From positions 9,640-73,639 of the forward strand of contig JAVZUI010000003.1 of the NCBI GenBank assembly GCA_038879095.1: a stretch of 64,000 nt of DNA, read 5' to 3'. Position numbers and translations under genes: made by a program. The DNA is from Pyrobaculum sp. Lineage in GTDB: Archaea; Thermoproteota; Thermoprotei; Thermoproteales; Thermoproteaceae. Shown piece after piece: positions 62,806 through 64,000 of this stretch. The notes beneath the pieces are model-generated. The model did not search any database, was not told the origin of the DNA, and saw only the letters and a list, made by a program, of their open reading frames with translations. Each line of letters begins with the position of its first letter. Position 1 is the first letter of the stretch.

Positions 62806-63143
62806 ACTTGGGACAGCACTTTGGAAAGACAGCCGCTGGGAGGCTCCGCGCCGGCTAAGACGCACAAGACGTCGTAGTTGCGAAACGTCTGCATAAGCCT
62901 CCCCCTGTCCACCCCCAACTCCTCCTCAATTATAGACGCCGGGGGGCACGCCCCATTTTCGAGCCAGAAGCCTCTCACAAACTTAACTACTCTAAGCGCC
63001 TCCTCGTCTAGCCGAAGCCCGTTCACCTCGGCGAGTAGCGAGGCGAGCTCGGGGCTCCAGTCCTCCCTGGCCTTGGGGAGACAATTTGTCAACTCGACGC
63101 GGCGGCCGCCTATGACCACCGCAGGCGGGCAGTGCACGTCCAA
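62802..63143 (-). CDS. DsrC/TusE-family sulfur-relay-like protein (atypical C-terminus)
   Basis: 'EDWSPELASLLAEVNGLRLDEEALRVVKFVRGFWLENG' is DsrC/TusE-like. C-x10-C ('CVLAGAEPPSGC') is followed by 9 extra residues. Confidence 0.6.
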   Translation of the reverse strand: MDVHCPPAVVIGGRRVELTNCLPKAREDWSPELASLLAEVNGLRLDEEALRVVKFVRGFWLENGACPPASIIEEELGVDRGRLMQTFRNYDVLCVLAGAEPPSGCLSKVLSQV

Positions 63144-63210
63144 AACCGGGCCGTGGTTAAAAGCTGTTTTTGTGCATTATATGCACTTATATATACTCCA
63201 AGTATTAGAC

Positions 63211-64000
63211 ATGTTTCCACAATTAGAAGAGGTCCACCTCCTCGTTAGAAAAACTGTGAGAGATTTTGTAGAAAAACGCGTGGAGCCGAACGCCCGGAGG
63301 ATAGACCAGGGGTGGTACCCCCGCGAGTTGCTGAGAGAAATGGGCGAACTGGGGCTACTGGCTCCACACGCCCCGCCTGAGTACGGAGGGCCTGGGCTCG
63401 ATTTTAGAACCCAGGTTTTAGTGGCAGAGGAGTTGGCAAAGGCGAGCCCGGCTCTGGCCACGATTGCGGAGGTACAAGGCTCTATGATTGTTTACGACTT
63501 AATCCACTACGCAGAGCCCGCCTTGAGAGAGAAGTGGCTCCCCCCAGCGGTGAAGGGAGAGAAGATAATAGCCTTTGCGCTCTCTGAGCCTTGCTGCGGC
63601 TCCGACGCCTTTTCCATTGAGACTAAGGCCGAGAGGGCCGGGGGGTCGTGGGTCATAAACGGCACCAAGCTGTGGATAACCTCAGGCATGTACGCCGACG
63701 CCTTTCTAGTGGCCGCCAGGACCGGCCCGCCTGAGGAGAAGCATAAGACAATTACCCTCTTCCTAGTGGAGAGGGGCAAGTGCGTAGAGACCACGCCGGT
63801 ATATGTGATGGGGGTCAGGGGCACCGGCACGGCTGAGGTGAAGTTTAAAGACTGCGAAGTAGGCGACGAGGCCGTCGTGGGGGGCCTAAACGGCGCTTAT
63901 AAAGTCATACTAGACGACTTAAACAACGGCAGGACTTGCGTAGGCGCCATCGGGCTCGGGATAGCGGAGGGCGCCTTGAAAGAGGCCGTGGAGTACGCAA
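63211..64000 (+). CDS. Acyl-CoA dehydrogenase (partial, runs off the window)
   Basis: Translation from ATG 63211: 'EMGELGLLAPHAPPEYGG', 'IIAFALSEPCCGSDAFS' and 'GSWVINGTKLWITSG' are ACAD N-terminal and middle domain motifs. No stop before 64000. Confidence 0.8.
   Translation, partial: MFPQLEEVHLLVRKTVRDFVEKRVEPNARRIDQGWYPRELLREMGELGLLAPHAPPEYGGPGLDFRTQVLVAEELAKASPALATIAEVQGSMIVYDLIHYAEPALREKWLPPAVKGEKIIAFALSEPCCGSDAFSIETKAERAGGSWVINGTKLWITSGMYADAFLVAARTGPPEEKHKTITLFLVERGKCVETTPVYVMGVRGTGTAEVKFKDCEVGDEAVVGGLNGAYKVILDDLNNGRTCVGAIGLGIAEGALKEAVEYA

Overview
The window looks like a chromosomal segment from a hyperthermophilic crenarchaeote of the Thermoproteales, probably Pyrobaculum or Thermoproteus. 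Evidence: four PaREP1/PaREP8-family ORFs, GC-rich coding sequence separated by short AT-rich promoters with TATA-like boxes about 20-30 nt upstream of start codons, many ATGA start/stop overlaps, aEF-2, and the archaeal-type CoA genes (pantoate kinase, phosphopantothenate synthetase).

Layout:
- 0.3-5 kb: ATPase, a HEPN/DUF86/nucleotidyltransferase module, beta-carbonic anhydrase, GlcG-like protein.
- 5.5-19.6 kb: an oxygenase island.
  - A multicomponent soluble diiron monooxygenase operon in tmoABCDE order. Its alpha subunit is split into two genes, and the N-terminal half carries a frameshifting deletion. It is translationally coupled to a DUF59 protein and a fused ETF beta-alpha.
  - Two Zn alcohol dehydrogenases and a FAH-family hydrolase.
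  - A second operon: PaaA-like diiron protein, Rieske ferredoxin, PpsA-like His-swivel enzyme, IMPase-family phosphatase.
- 20-24.4 kb: a Liv-type ABC importer.
- 26.7-32.8 kb: toxin-antitoxin genes and decayed genes.
- 31-39.8 kb: CoA biosynthesis genes.
- 40.3-43.1 kb: a heme-copper oxidase with a NOR-like His3+Glu site, a CuA-type subunit II and a hemerythrin-like gene.
- 43-64 kb: metal and phosphonate-type transporters that share a TTAAC-N3-GTTAA operator, purEK, a decayed thiC, aEF-2, FeoB, DsrMK/DsrC-like genes and a partial acyl-CoA dehydrogenase.

No rRNA, tRNA, CRISPR array or transposase was recognised. All calls come from reading motifs in the supplied translations. No database search was run, and start codons are approximate.
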